DNA from: Octopus vulgaris
Taxonomy: Eukaryota
Length of the DNA: 64,000 nucleotides
Direction: 5' to 3'
NCBI GenBank assembly: GCA_951406725.2
Contig: OX597814.1
Coordinates: 153,202,001-153,266,000 of the forward strand
The position numbers and the translations under genes are program-made. A model generated the notes under the pieces. That model did not search any database. It had not been told where the DNA came from and was given only the letters and a program-made list of their open reading frames with translations. Positions 37,835 through 51,227 of the stretch are shown here, one piece after another (within the stretch, counting starts at the first letter, position 1; every line of letters starts with the position of its first letter).

Positions 37835-38687
37835 ATTTTTATAGTGGAAATTGTAAAAAAGGAAACATGATCACACACAAAAGCAACCAAGAACCTAAAG
37901 TCAATTAAACAGCTGACTGCATGAAAATCACTGTCTTCATACGATTAACATAGTTGACACATATTACAGAACAACATTAGTGACTCCTGTTACTTAATTT
38001 TTATTAGTTTCCCAATGTTTGTATTAGTGTACACTAGTCTCATGTCATAAATGAGGCTCAATTCCATTTTGTTCCTGATCTTCTTTTTCTACACATAACA
38101 TACTAAAAATGAAACTAGAATCATTTCATTTCCCAAAACTTATTTCAGTGATGCTGTATTTTTTACTAACACAGAGCTTTCAAATGTTCCCAGTAATTTA
38201 ACCTTTTAACTGAAGTTGTTTTACTGGTGAACATTCTTTGCAACCCTTCAATTTCTTTTGTGAAGCTTGATGAATTTGGAGACAAAAGGTATGAGCAGTA
38301 TTCTAATCTGCTCAGAACTAAGGTTTTTCCATGGAGTCAGCATAACTACTGGTTTTCTTATGAAGGTTTGTAGGATCCATCCTATGAGATTTAAAGGTCA
38401 TCATGTGACATAATACTCCTAAGTCCTGTATGCCATTAGCAGTCCTCATTTGGGTTGTTTGATTTTTAAATATTCCTGAAATTTTTTGGTTTTTAATTTC
38501 AAGTTATACATTATTAAGTTTCAAAATATACATAGTGATTGATTAGGTTCGCCAGGGTTGTTTTTGACAGATGTAATACCATATTCAGTATATTTGTTGT
38601 CCAATTTTCTGACTTGGAAGCTTTAATTAGGGTTTAACACATATTGTCTTTAGTTGCAATCAGAACAAGTATAACTATTAACTGCAC

Positions 38688-40015
38688 TCATTCATCATCA
38701 TCATCATTTAATATCCGTTTTCCATGCTTGACAGGAACTAACTGGTAAGGCCAGGGGCTGCTCCATGTTCCATAGTCTGTTTTGGCTTGGTTTCTATAGC
38801 TGGATGCCCTTCCTAATTGCAACCACTCCACAGAGTGTACTGGGTGCTTTTTATGTGGCACCATCACAGCCACATTTTTAAGTGGCACCAGCATCAATGC
38901 TTTTTGTGTTGCACCTTGGTTTTAGGATCTCACTTCTGTTGTGGTGGGCAAGTCTCCTTAAGTACAGCAATGTACCATGTATCTCAGTCCTCTGTCATCT
39001 CCTTCATCTGGTTCAGTGCTTTGAGATCAACCTTCAAAACTTTGTTCTATGTCTTCCTGGGTCTTTCTCTTCCACAACTTCTTTATGCAACTCACCTCAT
39101 CTATCTGCATCATATAACCAAATCAGTGCAGTTTCCTCTCTTGCATACTGCATATAATTCCTCTTATGCCCAATTCCCTCAATACACCAATGCTGTGTCG
39201 CACATACACACTGGTATCACACATCCAACAGAGCATACCAGCTTCGTTTCTCTCCAGCCTTTGCATGTCCTCCAGATTCAGAGCCCACACCTCACTACCA
39301 TGCAATATCACAGTTTGTACACCTGCATCATGCAATGTCCTCTTCACTCTGAGGGAGAGATCTTTGGTTGCCAACAGAGATAAAAGCTCTCTGAACTTTC
39401 TCCATCCTATTCTTATTTTAGCAATTACACTTTCTATACAACCTCCTCCACTGCTAATTACGTCACCTGGGCAGCAAAAATTATCTACAACTTCCAGGAC
39501 ATTTAAGGAAATCAGTTTCCTGTGTATCTGTGGTCTTTATGGCTCCTGTACATCTTACACATATGAACACTACTTTCTCTGTTAATCTTCCAACTACCCC
39601 ACTGCATGTCTTGTGTGTCCATAGCTTGCACTGGTTTCATTGAATGGAATTTCTGCTTACACCCTTCCTACATATTGAGTAGGGTCCTGTCCAATTTTTT
39701 GCTTACTAGGACCTTGGTCTTTAAGTTTACTTTAAGATCCTTAGATTCCAGGTTCTATTTCCACACCTGGAATTTCTTTTCTAATTTTGAAGGTAAGATC
39801 ATCAGCATATAGGAGTTCTCCTGGGCTTTCAGTCTTAAATTTCTGTTATGGCCTGGAGGATGATGATGAATAGGAAGGGGCTGAGAACTGATCCTTGGTG
39901 GACATCTACTTGTACACTAGATTCATCCGTGTACCCATGGCCAACTCTTACCTTACTAACAGCCCCCCCCCCCCCAATACATGGCCTGTACTGCTTTCAC
40001 AAGCCATTTGTCTAT
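38688..40015 (-). mobile_element. RTE LINE fragment (RT domain through tail), degenerate
   Basis: Minus strand HQGSVLSP, LLYADD, LHGSEVW, LERNEAGML; (cat)n at left end. Confidence 0.85.
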
Positions 40016-40792
40016 ATGCAAAACAAAATAATGTAACCTATAAATGTGATTATACTCAATATGGAGATACTGATTCTCATTCTTATCTCAACTATTCTGT
40101 CTCTCATCCCTTGTATATGTATCTAATTTGGTACTCACTGCCCTTAATTTTTATGACTCAATCTTACTGGAAAGTAGGGACTCAAACTTCCACTTAAAAT
40201 TCAAAGAGATATATACCTTTTTCCTTTTGTCATTGGCAATGTGATTGCTGCACTTCTTGAGCCCAAGTTTTCAGCTGCATCACTGCACTCCCATCACACA
40301 CAAACACATTTGAAGATTGCTTCTTCTTTTTGACTGAGTTCCATTTGACCATCCTCTCATTCAAACATGCACTTCTCTGTAACTTTTGTTTTCTTCTCTC
40401 TGACTCTGCAGTCACCCTCATCTTTACTACACTATCTCTCCTTAAATGGAGGTAACCTTTTAATTAGAAAATCCCTAGCAACCCAGCCAGATACTTTCAA
40501 ATGCTCTTGTCAGAGAAACCACATGTCCTTTCTTCTCAAACACCACAACCATAACTGATCTAAAATCCATTGCCAAGCCATTTATTTGGATGTAACTGTA
40601 GATTTCATGCAGTTTTTGCAAAGGTATTACACAGGCAAAAGAAATGCTTTTAGAGGATCACTTACTTGAACATCTGCATATTTGCTAATTTACTTGGCAG
40701 GGAAAAACTCATTCAGTTTTTCTGGCCATTGCATAGTTTCCAAAGACCATAGATATAAAAGTTCTTACCTTTATGCTTGGTACCTTATGTAG

Positions 40793-41735
40793 GTGTCTGG
40801 TCAATTCGTCGTTGTTTAGTTTGTCCCCAGTTAATTCATTTTTGGTCAGTTCATCCCCTGGTTAATTTGTTGTCAGTCAATTTGTTGCTGTATTACATAT
40901 TTATTTTTTCCTTAAATTTAAGATTGTGTGTGACAGCTTTTAGAAAAATAATTTTTTGGCTTGGATCGTATTTTTCCATGACATTTTTTATATGCAGGTT
41001 CATATCTCTGTATTTTTTTCTTCTTTTGGCTTAGTTCTTCTTGCATAAACTTCTGCAACTTGGTACTGGCAAACTTTTCCTCACATCTAATCACATCTAT
41101 AAGTTTCCAAATATTTGGATGACTAATATTCACTGTGTTTTTCAGCACGCTGTGGTAGGCTTCTAAACTATTTGTAGTACGAGCAATCCCCGTCATACAT
41201 TGATTCCAAACATTCCATATAGGTAATGGAAATGGTGGTTCAAGGCATTGTCTCCTCTGTCCTCTTCCTCTAGGTCAGTGGTTCCCAACCCTTTTATTTA
41301 AATGAGTTTTCCCACGGACCCCTTTTAATATGTTTATCCTTATGTATGTGTATATATATGAAATTTTGAATTTAGTTCATGAACCTCTTGTACTACCTTT
41401 GTGAACTACCAGAGGTCTGTGGACCTCAGGTTAGGAACCACTGCTGTAGGTGCTTCTATATAATTATTTTCAAAATAGGATGTAATTGACTGTGGAATAT
41501 CATCATCATCTACAAGTTGTTCATATGCATCTACATCATCAACTGGCAGGAAGGCAAGGGCAAAAAAAACCCACTGCATTTTTAGATTAAAACTGTCATC
41601 TTCGTGATATCTTCATTTTAGTCCTGCTTGTACACATTTTGTCCTAAATGAAACAAGCAGCACACCAAATTCGACCCAGGAAACAATGTTAGAAATCTGT
41701 TATGGGCTACTTTTTTGAAATCCATAATTGTCCTT
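40793..41735 (-). mobile_element. Mutator-like (MULE) transposase remnant with degenerate ~15-bp subterminal repeats
   Basis: Minus strand CCLFHLGQ, FLPVDDV, YFENNYI, WNVW...RTTNSLEAYH; short repeats at 40798-40890. Confidence 0.75.
41276..41443. mobile_element. hAT-superfamily MITE inserted in the MULE
   Basis: TIR CAGTGGTTCC(C/T)AACC at both ends; 8-bp TSD ctctaggt / ctgtaggt (7 of 8 match). Confidence 0.85.
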
Positions 41736-42150
41736 GCACCCCTATGTATGCCTAAAGAAACCATTTTTGTAATGCCATCCAAATCCATTCCTGATATTTA
41801 CTCATCTCAATACTTTGAGCATATGTACTTATGTCTATTGACACAATTCCCACCTCTTACATCAATGGTTCATCCTTTCTCTGTTATTACAATGATACAC
41901 ACCCATTTTTTTTTCTTTGGTTTACTAAATTATAGTACTAGTCTCATGAGTTCTTTTTGACCAATTTTGCATAAGCTTTATTTCAATGACATTCCTGTAT
42001 CATTTGATTAATATTTGATTTGGATTTGTTTCAGTTTAGAGATGGATGTATGAAATTTCATTGTTTCAGAACAACTATATTTCTGTTTAATTTTAAATTA
42101 AATTTGCTTTTAAATAACTTATACTCTATTTGTTTTTCATATTTCATTAG

Positions 42151-42256
42151 TACTGGTAAAGATGGCATTTGCAAAGAATACTACACATTGGACTGCATCC
42201 TTTTCCTTCTCAAAAATGTCCACTTGGCACATCCAATTTATGTCGGAGAAGCGGCG
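42151..42256 (+). CDS. CDC73: Parafibromin exon 2
   Basis: [35 protein letters not shown]; AG/GT; 106 nt, phase consistent. Confidence 0.95.
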
Positions 42257-43741
42257 GTAAGTTAATATAGCAGTACTCTTAATATGTTCCTTTTAATTTT
42301 CCATAATCCCTGTTTTAATGTATTACTAAAATTATTTAAATACTATTTTCATTAGTTATACTTAGGTGAGGTATCCTATTTTTAAATTCTGCTGGAGTGC
42401 ATTAGGTAGTTTTTGTATGTAATTGTTAAAATTCCAGTAGGTTTATAAGCAAAATCTAGACAGCAGAATGTTGATGGTGTATGTGTATGGATGTGATAAT
42501 TACAATTAGGTTACTTATTTGTGGCCAGAAGAGCTGTGTCAAGTTAGTTTCATGTGTTCGTGTGAAACCAGCCCTTGCTCTACTCTAACAGACATTTTGA
42601 GCATCTCAGCATTTATCCCTCATGGACCAGCTGCTTTCTCTGCTCTTCAACACAACATCCTGTCACATGTTGCATTCTTTAATCATCTCCTTTGTGAGGT
42701 TCAGCATCCTGAGATCAGCTTTCATCACTTTTACTCATATCTTTCTTTATCTTCCTCTTACACAACTCCCTTTTCTTGGCACTTTTTGTTTTTGCACCTA
42801 ACTGTCATCAGCCATGTACATTACATGTCTGTACTGGAATCATCTTCTCTCTTGCATGCAAGATATGATTCTGCTTATAACTGGTTTTTTTCTCAACTCA
42901 TCTGTACTGTGTTATATGTCATCATTTTACATCCATGTTGGCATGGGTTGAACAGATTGTCACAATTCCAAGTCATTCCTTATTTGGGGTTACTGCCCTT
43001 CATGTTGGAGGATCATGTCTCATACATTCTATTTTTGGCATGGTAGTTTCCATGGCTGGATACTTTCCCTAAAACCAATCACTTTAGAGTGTACTGGGTG
43101 CATTTTATCGTGGTACCAGCACTAGAGAAGTCATGTCCTCTGCAAGACTAAAAGGCTCTCTCACCTCTACATTATCTCCATTCATTTGCTAATCACTCTA
43201 CAGATTGGTGTTTTGTTAGGCATTGCCACTAGTGAGGTTGCTTTCTACCTTGAACACCCTCTTGTGCCTCATTCTTTTTGATGTTAGTGTGCCATCATCA
43301 CTCCATACAGACTTCTTCCCAACAATGTCTCAAATTTTCACTCATACATTGTCTTGCAGCTTGGAATGCTTTACATCTCTAACCCTGTCACAGCATTGGC
43401 AAACCTCTTACATTTTGCTTCTCACTTTGCTAAGAATTACCTATGTCCAATTTCTCTTCCTGCTACTTTATATTGTTCTTTCTTCTCTTTAGTCTTTTTA
43501 AACCTTTATGGCTGAGACTGATATATAATGTCATAATTTGGTGTAGTAATGGTATGTAGTAATGAGACATTAGGATACATACAGACATAAATGTTTTGCA
43601 TCCTCAGTATGCATTGTTTCCTATACTCATACATGAAATCTGATTTTTAAAAAAAATTTTAATTAAACAAAAAAATTTATTGTTTCCATAATGTTATGAT
43701 ATATACATATTTCTAAGCTTCATCTTTTTCTCTATCTATAG

Positions 43742-43874
43742 GCAGCAGATGTTACTGTTGTTCGCCGTCCTGATAGGAAAGACTTACTATCATTTCTTAA
43801 TGGTGAGATATCAACATCTAGTAGCATTGATAAAAGTGCACCATTGGAGATATCTATTCAAAGGCCTGTACAAG
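43742..43874 (+). CDS. CDC73: Parafibromin exon 3
   Basis: [44 protein letters not shown]; 133 nt. Confidence 0.95.
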
Positions 43875-44321
43875 GTAAGCTATGAAATGTGTTACTCTAA
43901 TACAGAATACTTACATAACACTATTATGTGAATTTGGATTGGATTGGATTGCACATGTTCAATCCACTGCAGCATGTTCTCTCTACCAACCATGGTCTGA
44001 TGTTGAGGCCATGAATTTGAACTTCAGATCATATTGGTTTGATGAGCCTACTCTGCCACACTGGCTTGATATGGCTCTGCAGAGGGGCCTTAGGTCAGCA
44101 GAAGTGCCATTGACAATGGATGATGCACGAGTGTGCTGCTGTGCACTAAACCCCCATCAACTTGTGAATTAATCTTAATAAATAAATAACGTACATTTAC
44201 TTTCATGTGTCCCTTTCAGAGCTAGCATTGTTTATAGATTTCTTTCTGAAATATTTTCTTTGGATGCCTCATTTAAATTTCCTTATTCATTTTATTGCAA
44301 TATATTATTTTGCTTCTTTAG

Positions 44322-44380
44322 TAAAACGAACAACAGATGATAATCAAGGAGATCAAGAAAAGAAGAAACCTCGACTCGAG
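44322..44380 (+). CDS. CDC73: Parafibromin exon 4 (bipartite NLS)
   Basis: VKRTTDDNQGDQEKKKPRLE; 59 nt; AG/GT. Confidence 0.9.
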
Positions 44381-45642
44381 GTAGGTTTCGTTCAGGAAAT
44401 CAAATACTTAGTGTCACTAATTATGACTTTGATAATAATTTAGTATTTCTATCAATCTTCGTTTATGTTTGAAATTTATGTGGATTGTTAGAAGTGGAAA
44501 TTTTAAAACCGAATATTGACCACATGTTGCTGTGTAGTTTAAGTTCATTGCATTATCATGTATTAAATTTTTTTTATTGATCGGCATTATAAGTATATAG
44601 TATTTTTGTTTTCAGTTTGAGTTAGATTATAATAACTTTTTAAAAATTAGTCATGTTAGTCACAGAGGAAGGAGCAGTAACATGTTTTGTAGGCGTTCCA
44701 GACTCTTGAGAATACTGCACTTAATGTTTAGTCGAAACATTTATTGATCAACATCTGCTAGAAAAACAAGTGAGGGAGGAATTTTTGGTGGGTTGCAGTG
44801 TTTTGGATGAAACTTGAAGATTAACTGCATACTGCAATTGGGTATTCTGCTATATATTGTCTTGCAAACAACTTGCAGATGCAAGTGCTACCAGTCAAAA
44901 GCTCCTTATACCGGAAGCCAGCAAGTGTATGGGGTTATCAGGAGAGAATGTGCGCCGTTTTGGGGCCTACCTCTCGACGGCATCAATGCGCACCGGCCCC
45001 CCCTTGCTGATATGATTTAGGAACAATCATTGAAAATATGTTGTTCTAAAAGCTTGTTGGCTGAAAGACATATTGGTCAAAAGATATATTTGTAGTAAAG
45101 CTTTTTCATAGAAAAACAAATTGGTTGGGAACATATTAGTGAAAGAAAAAGATGGCCTATTCGTTGAATTTTTAATGTTTTTCAAAGAAATAGCTAAAAA
45201 AATTATTAAAAGAAATAATGCTAATATTTCCAACTGTCATAATGTTTTGCAGTGTTAAAATAGACTTCAAAATAAATAAGAAATGTACGCAATCCAATGT
45301 CAGCTAAGGTATATTAAAACAAAAACTAAATTTTCTAATATACAAACAAGTAATGAAAGTATCATTCTGACCAACAAGGATTCAATTAGTCAAAACAACC
45401 AAGGAAATGAAATGATATTATATTTATATTATTTATTGAGCAAAGTAGGCTCCAAATGCTAGTTGCATTCTCTAGAGCCTAGAGTGGCTGATAAATACTA
45501 ACTAATCAGAAATAGACATGATGTGTAGAATCTAAGAAGCCATGTTTTTTTTTAGCTTTTTTAAAGGAGGATTTACTGAATTTAGCTCGTCAGTTATGAC
45601 ACCATCATAAAGAAAACAAACTGAATTTTGTTTACTTTTTAG

Positions 45643-45728
45643 GAAGAGCAAGTACAACAGGCTAAGAAAAACTGGATGAATAAGATCGATGCACCTCGTG
45701 AGACCTCCATGATACCTTCTAAAATTGC
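45643..45728 (+). CDS. CDC73: Parafibromin exon 5
   Basis: EEQVQQAKKNWMNKIDAPRETSMIPSKI; 86 nt; phases 0/2 fit neighbours; sequence divergent. Confidence 0.8.
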
Positions 45729-46276
45729 GTGAGTATCATTTCATTTGACTTCTGAATTTAAGTGAGTAGTATTTAATAAGGGGAAGACTTTTGGTTGCCA
45801 TTGAAAAATATAGCATGAAAAGCTGACAGTTGAGAAGGTGAAAAGTTTTGATGTATAGTGATGGCTGAATCATTCAAACTTCCGTTGTCATCACTAAAAA
45901 TCAAATTCTTGTGTATTGGCACTGAAGATGATAACTGTTGGGAAATTTGAAATACAAGAAAAGAATAACTAGAGATAAATGAAGAGAAAAAGCGAAAGGA
46001 CTGTAAGACACAGTTTATTAGTTTTTTTTTTTTTTTTTTCCCCACAATTTGACAAATATAATTTTCCATTTATTTTTGTGAGGACACCCAAAGCTGTAGC
46101 CCAGACACCTGACAGACAGTCAGGGATCACATGGCTGAAACAGTATGGTGTGATTTGAAGATTTCACTGCTATTTCTTGTAGGTCAGACAATGATAACAG
46201 TATTTGATAAATAGAATTTTATTTCTATATATTATTTATAATTTGTCATTTTTTTTCCCTTTTATTATTTTTGTAG

Positions 46277-46499
46277 ATCTTCATCTCTTCCGGAAGCTTT
46301 GCCAATGGAGAAGATTGCTGCTATCAAAGCAAAACGTTTGGCAAAAAAGAGAACTATGATTAAAGGTGACGATGACATTGCACCTGGTGCTGATGACCAA
46401 CGAACTTTTGTAGATGCTGAGGTCGATGTAACTCGAGTCATTGTCAGTCGGGAACGGTTATGGCGGACCAGAACAACTATATTACAGAGTTCTGGGAAG
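46277..46499 (+). CDS. CDC73: Parafibromin exon 6
   Basis: [15 protein letters not shown]...[29 protein letters not shown]; 223 nt. Confidence 0.95.
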
Positions 46500-48169
46500 G
46501 TAGGCTAATTTTTTTTTTTACATTAATACTTTGTAGTGGATTTAGATGTTTAAGAGATTATAAAATATTTTAATTGCTGTAATTAATGACCTGCCTACCA
46601 CAAAAGAATTGAGATCCTTAAACCAAAGTGCCACATAAAAATCATTGGTGTGGGTGCTGGTGCATTTAGTACATTCTATAAAATGGTTGGCATTAGGAAG
46701 AGCATCTAGTTGTAGAAACCATGCCAAAACAGACTATGGAAAACTGTGTGGTCCTTGGCCTTTCCAGTTCCTGTCAAGCTGGTCCAGCTTATGCGGGCAT
46801 GGAAAATGGATGTTAAATGTTGATGATGATGAAATTTATTTAAGATGACAATTTGAGATAATTGTTAGAGCTGTGGTTAGAACGCTTCACAGTATTTGTT
46901 CTAACATTCAGCACTTTGATTTCAAATTGTGCTACAGTCAACGTTGCCTTTAATTCTTTGGAGGTTGATTAAAAAAGTACCCATCTGGGATGGTAGATTA
47001 GCAGAATTATAAGAATGTTGGACAAAGTGCCCTGTGGTATTTGTCTCAGCTCTCTGCATTCTGAGTTCAAATCCTGTTGTTGCCTACTTAGGTGGTAGAC
47101 TTAATCTAGCACCCTGGATACTTTTAGTGGAGTTCTATTCTATTGTAAGAATTTGGGTCAGGTTTCCAGTTTGAAGATTCTTTCCTCTCTCACAAAAAAG
47201 ACAAACTTATCTGATCCTCTGCTCCTATCCCTCTCACCTGTTCTGTTGCTATTCTCCTCACATTCACACTCGTGTACCTTGAGAGTATGTCCTGACATCT
47301 CATCACCACCACCTTCTCTCTTTTTCTAGCTGGGGTAGCCATGTATCTCCTCTACTGTTCCTGTCATTCTTTCGCACTCTTGCCTTTCACTGCCTAGCAT
47401 AAGCCACCTCCCTCAATACTACACCAAGCTTAGTCTCTGTTACAAGAAAGACTTTTTTAAATAGATAATAAAATGGTATATTCTGTTGTGTCTGGAGAGA
47501 GTCATTTTCTTTTTGTGCCTTATAAATCCAAAAACGAAATAAATATGGTATATGTATATTTGAATGGATGATATAATCTACCACAGTATAGTGGTTTTGG
47601 TTTCAACAGACAGTATCTCAGAGCAAGTCACTTCCTGTAAAAGTACAACTCGAAAATTTTCTAGTAGTTACAAGAGAAACAAATGAGAAAAAGAAACAAA
47701 CAATTGCCTCTTGTATTTGTTGATCCAGAGATGGGTTTTAGTATACAGCAGTGCATTCTGTGTTGTCATGGGCAATTGGAATGACAGTTGAGAGGCTTGG
47801 TTTTTGCTCTGTTAGAAGTTTCAAGTGCGTGTCTATTAAGGTTACGTTCTCAGATCTCTTCTCTTTATCCTAGTCTCCAGTGAGATTTGGAATGAGATGT
47901 CTAAGGGAGCATGGATTTTGTATGACAACATCAGTGCCTCCCAGAAAAAAGTTGGTAAGAACTATGTTGTGGTGGGTACAGTAAGATATTTAGTAGACTT
48001 GTAAAAATCAATTATTTGTCTGTGCCATGTGTACTGGTGCAACTAGAAATGTAAGAAACTAAAAAGTAGAGAATTGTTTGAATGATCTTTCTATAAAGTG
48101 CCAAATACTCAATTGCATATCAGCTTCTTCAATTAGCAGTTATCACTTTGTTGCAACATTGGTAGCCTG

Positions 48170-48430
48170 CTCATGAAATTGATGTGCAAGTGGCTGAGCA
48201 CTCCACAAACGTGTGTACCCTTAATGTAATTTTCAGGAAGATCAGCATCACATAAAATATGACAAGGCTGGCCCCTTTGAACTACAGGTGCAACTTATTT
48301 TTTGTCAGCTGAGTGGACTGGAGCACCATGAAATAAAGTGTCTTGCTCAAGGACACAGCATGCCATTGGGGATTGAACAAACAACCTTACAATTGCGAGC
48401 TGAATACCTTAACCACTAAGCCACATGCCT
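48170..48430 (-). mobile_element. tRNA-derived SINE
   Basis: Reverse complement has A box TGGCTTAGTGG and core GTGTCCTTGAGCAAGACACT. Confidence 0.75.
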
Positions 48431-49151
48431 TCACACACACACACATGCAAAGAGTGCAAGAGAGAGAGAAACATACACACACACAAACATTAACCACTGA
48501 TTTATAAATATCCACAGTTACACACATTGACATACACACAAAAATGTATACAATAAGAACAAGACGTTTTTGGTTCATCATCATCATCATCATTGTTCTA
48601 ACATTCACTTTTCCATGCTTGCATGGGTTGGATGGATTTTGTATGGCCAGATACCCTTCCTATAATCAACCCTCACCTGTTTCTCAGTAATGTAATATTC
48701 CCCTATGATCAAACCTGTTTTTGCTGAAGACTGAAAGTGACGCACACTACTTGCTTGATGGTGACACTCATTTAAAACTATCACACAAAGTCAAAGCAAG
48801 AAGACTACACACACACAATGTGTGTCTTTCAGTTTCCATCTTTTAAATCTACTCACAAGGCTATGCTTGGTCAAGGGTTATAGAAGATGCCCAAGGTGTC
48901 ATGCAGTGGGACTGAACCTGAAACTATGCAGTTGGGAAGCCTGGTTGTGTATAGAAAATATAAAAGTGTATTAAAGAAAGAGAAAAATGATAGGTTAGAG
49001 AAGAAGAGGAAAAGATAAAAGCAAAATTCTGTTTATTTGAATTTTCATATTGGAATAAAGATTAAATATTGAAAATATGGAAAATCTGTATTCTTTAGGT
49101 GTGTGTATCATATATATAAGTATATATGATTCTGTGGGTGCATGCATACAT

Positions 49152-49520
49152 ATCATCATCATATGTCTGTTGTCGATGCTAGCATTAGTTGGATGGTTTG
49201 ATCAGGGCTGGCAAGCTGAGGGACTCCAGTCTGATTTGGTATGGTTTCTACAGCTGGACACCCTTCCTAACACTAACCACTCCAAGAGTGCAAGGAGTGC
49301 TTTTGCGTGCCACCAGTATGGGTGCCAGTTGTGTGACAAGAGTATCTGCCATGACTTCACATGATTTCACTTGGCTAGATGGGTCTTCTTCTCAAGCATA
49401 GCATATTGCCAAAGGTCTCGATCATTTGTCATTGCTGGTGTGAGGCCCATTACTTGAAAGATGCTTTTTATATGCCACCAGCATGGGTGCTAGTTACATG
49501 ACACCAGCATCAGCCACTTT
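49152..49520 (-). mobile_element. RTE LINE 3' UTR fragment
   Basis: Reverse complement of the UTR family (ctacagctgga..cccttcctaac). Confidence 0.8.
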
Positions 49521-49972
49521 GGTATGTCTATGTATATATAATTCTGTGTGTATATGAATATTTACATATCACTAGTTGGGGATCATAGGTGCTCACACTC
49601 ACATACTCACCCACACATACAGATAAATTCACAAGTCATGTATGAAAATATCTCACTGGATCTGAAATTCTTTCAATACAAATTTTGGTTCAGAACATGT
49701 TTTCACTTGCCACATGACTTTAACCTGTCAGTGATGCTTTACCTCTTAACCAGCTACAAAAGAATGTGATCACTCCTATTTTGAACTGTAAACAAATATT
49801 GAATCTCCAGTGCTAGACAACAACAGGATAAATGGATTTAAATTGTATTTCAGTTAATTTCTTTAAGAAAATTTGAAATCTTTTTATATCTGTATATGAA
49901 TAAATATATAAATGACACCTTTTCTTCTAAGGTTTCCTTTTATCATTATAGGTGTATATGTGTGTGCGTGTG

Positions 49973-50240
49973 GGAGGCACATGACCTAGTGGTATGGGTA
50001 TTGCACTCATAATTGCTAGATCACTGGTTCGATTTCTGAACTGAGCAGTGTGTTGTGTTCTTGAGCAAAACACTTCATTTCATGTTGCTCCAGTCCACTC
50101 AGCTGTAAATGAAGGATTAGCCTTGTGATCAAGGGGGTCGTTGGCTTGCTCATTGTGGTGGCATCATTTGAAGGCTAAAACAATGTGAAGCACATTGTGA
50201 CCAGTGATGTATAACATCTGATTGTCTGGTCAATCATGTT
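49973..50240 (+). mobile_element. tRNA-derived SINE
   Basis: A-box-like TGACCTAGTGG, B box GGTTCGATTTC, same core as 21098. Confidence 0.75.
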
Positions 50241-51044
50241 AGATATATATACATGCATAAACACACATATGCCACATCATCATCATCATGTCTGCTCTCT
50301 ATAGATTGGATGGGTTATCACAGTCTGGATCATTTCTTACTGAGACCCACTGCTCTCATAGAGTGTCATCTTGATTTGATGTTTATAGCTTGATGCCCTT
50401 CCTGTTACCAATCACTTTTATAAGGTGTACTGGGTGCATTTTCTCATGGCACCAGCACTAGAGAAATTAATAAGCCTTTGGTCAGACAGCCTTAAAGGCA
50501 CCTCTCGACCATTGCTAAATCTTTGAGAGGCAAGAGTAAAGATTAGGAACAGGTATCTACAGCAAGACACATGCTTCTATCTATCGCGTTCTTGCCTTTC
50601 AACATCTGGCATATGTCACCTTCCTTAATCAAGGGGTCTTGTTTTGTCCTGCAAGCTACTTGATGACCTCACTGGTGCTGGTGACACAAAAGTATCCTGA
50701 ACATTCTGTGAAGTAGTTGGCATTAGGAAGGACATCCAGCTATAGAAATTAATGCCAAAATATACATTGGTGCTTGACACAGTACTTTGATTTGGTCCCT
50801 GTCAAACCATCCAACTCATACCAGCATGGAATGCAGATGCTAAATCGTGATCATCACTTAGGTTTATTAGTTTTTTGTGGGGAGTCTCTTTATGAATGAA
50901 TTTTTTTCTCTCAGTATTAACTTTTACATGTAATTTTTTTTAATGGAGTCTGAGTAAGAATATTGAAGCATAATGTTATTTAATTCAGTCAGATGTACTT
51001 TTGTTTGTATATTAATTTATTTTTTCCAATTTTTTTTTCTTTAG

Positions 51045-51146
51045 GAATTTGCTAAAAATATTTTCAGTATTCTTCAGTCTATTAAGGCTCGAGAAGAAGG
51101 AAGTCAGCGACAAATGAGCCACCCTTCACAAACAACACCAATATCT
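51045..51146 (+). CDS. CDC73: Parafibromin exon 7
   Basis: EFAKNIFSILQSIKAREEG...; 102 nt, phase 0/0. Confidence 0.93.
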
Positions 51147-51227
51147 GTAAGTTTCTCTTGGTCATTTACTGAAAATTGCACTAATTTTAGTAGTCTGTGT
51201 TTTCTTCCTATTTCTTTTATATATTTT

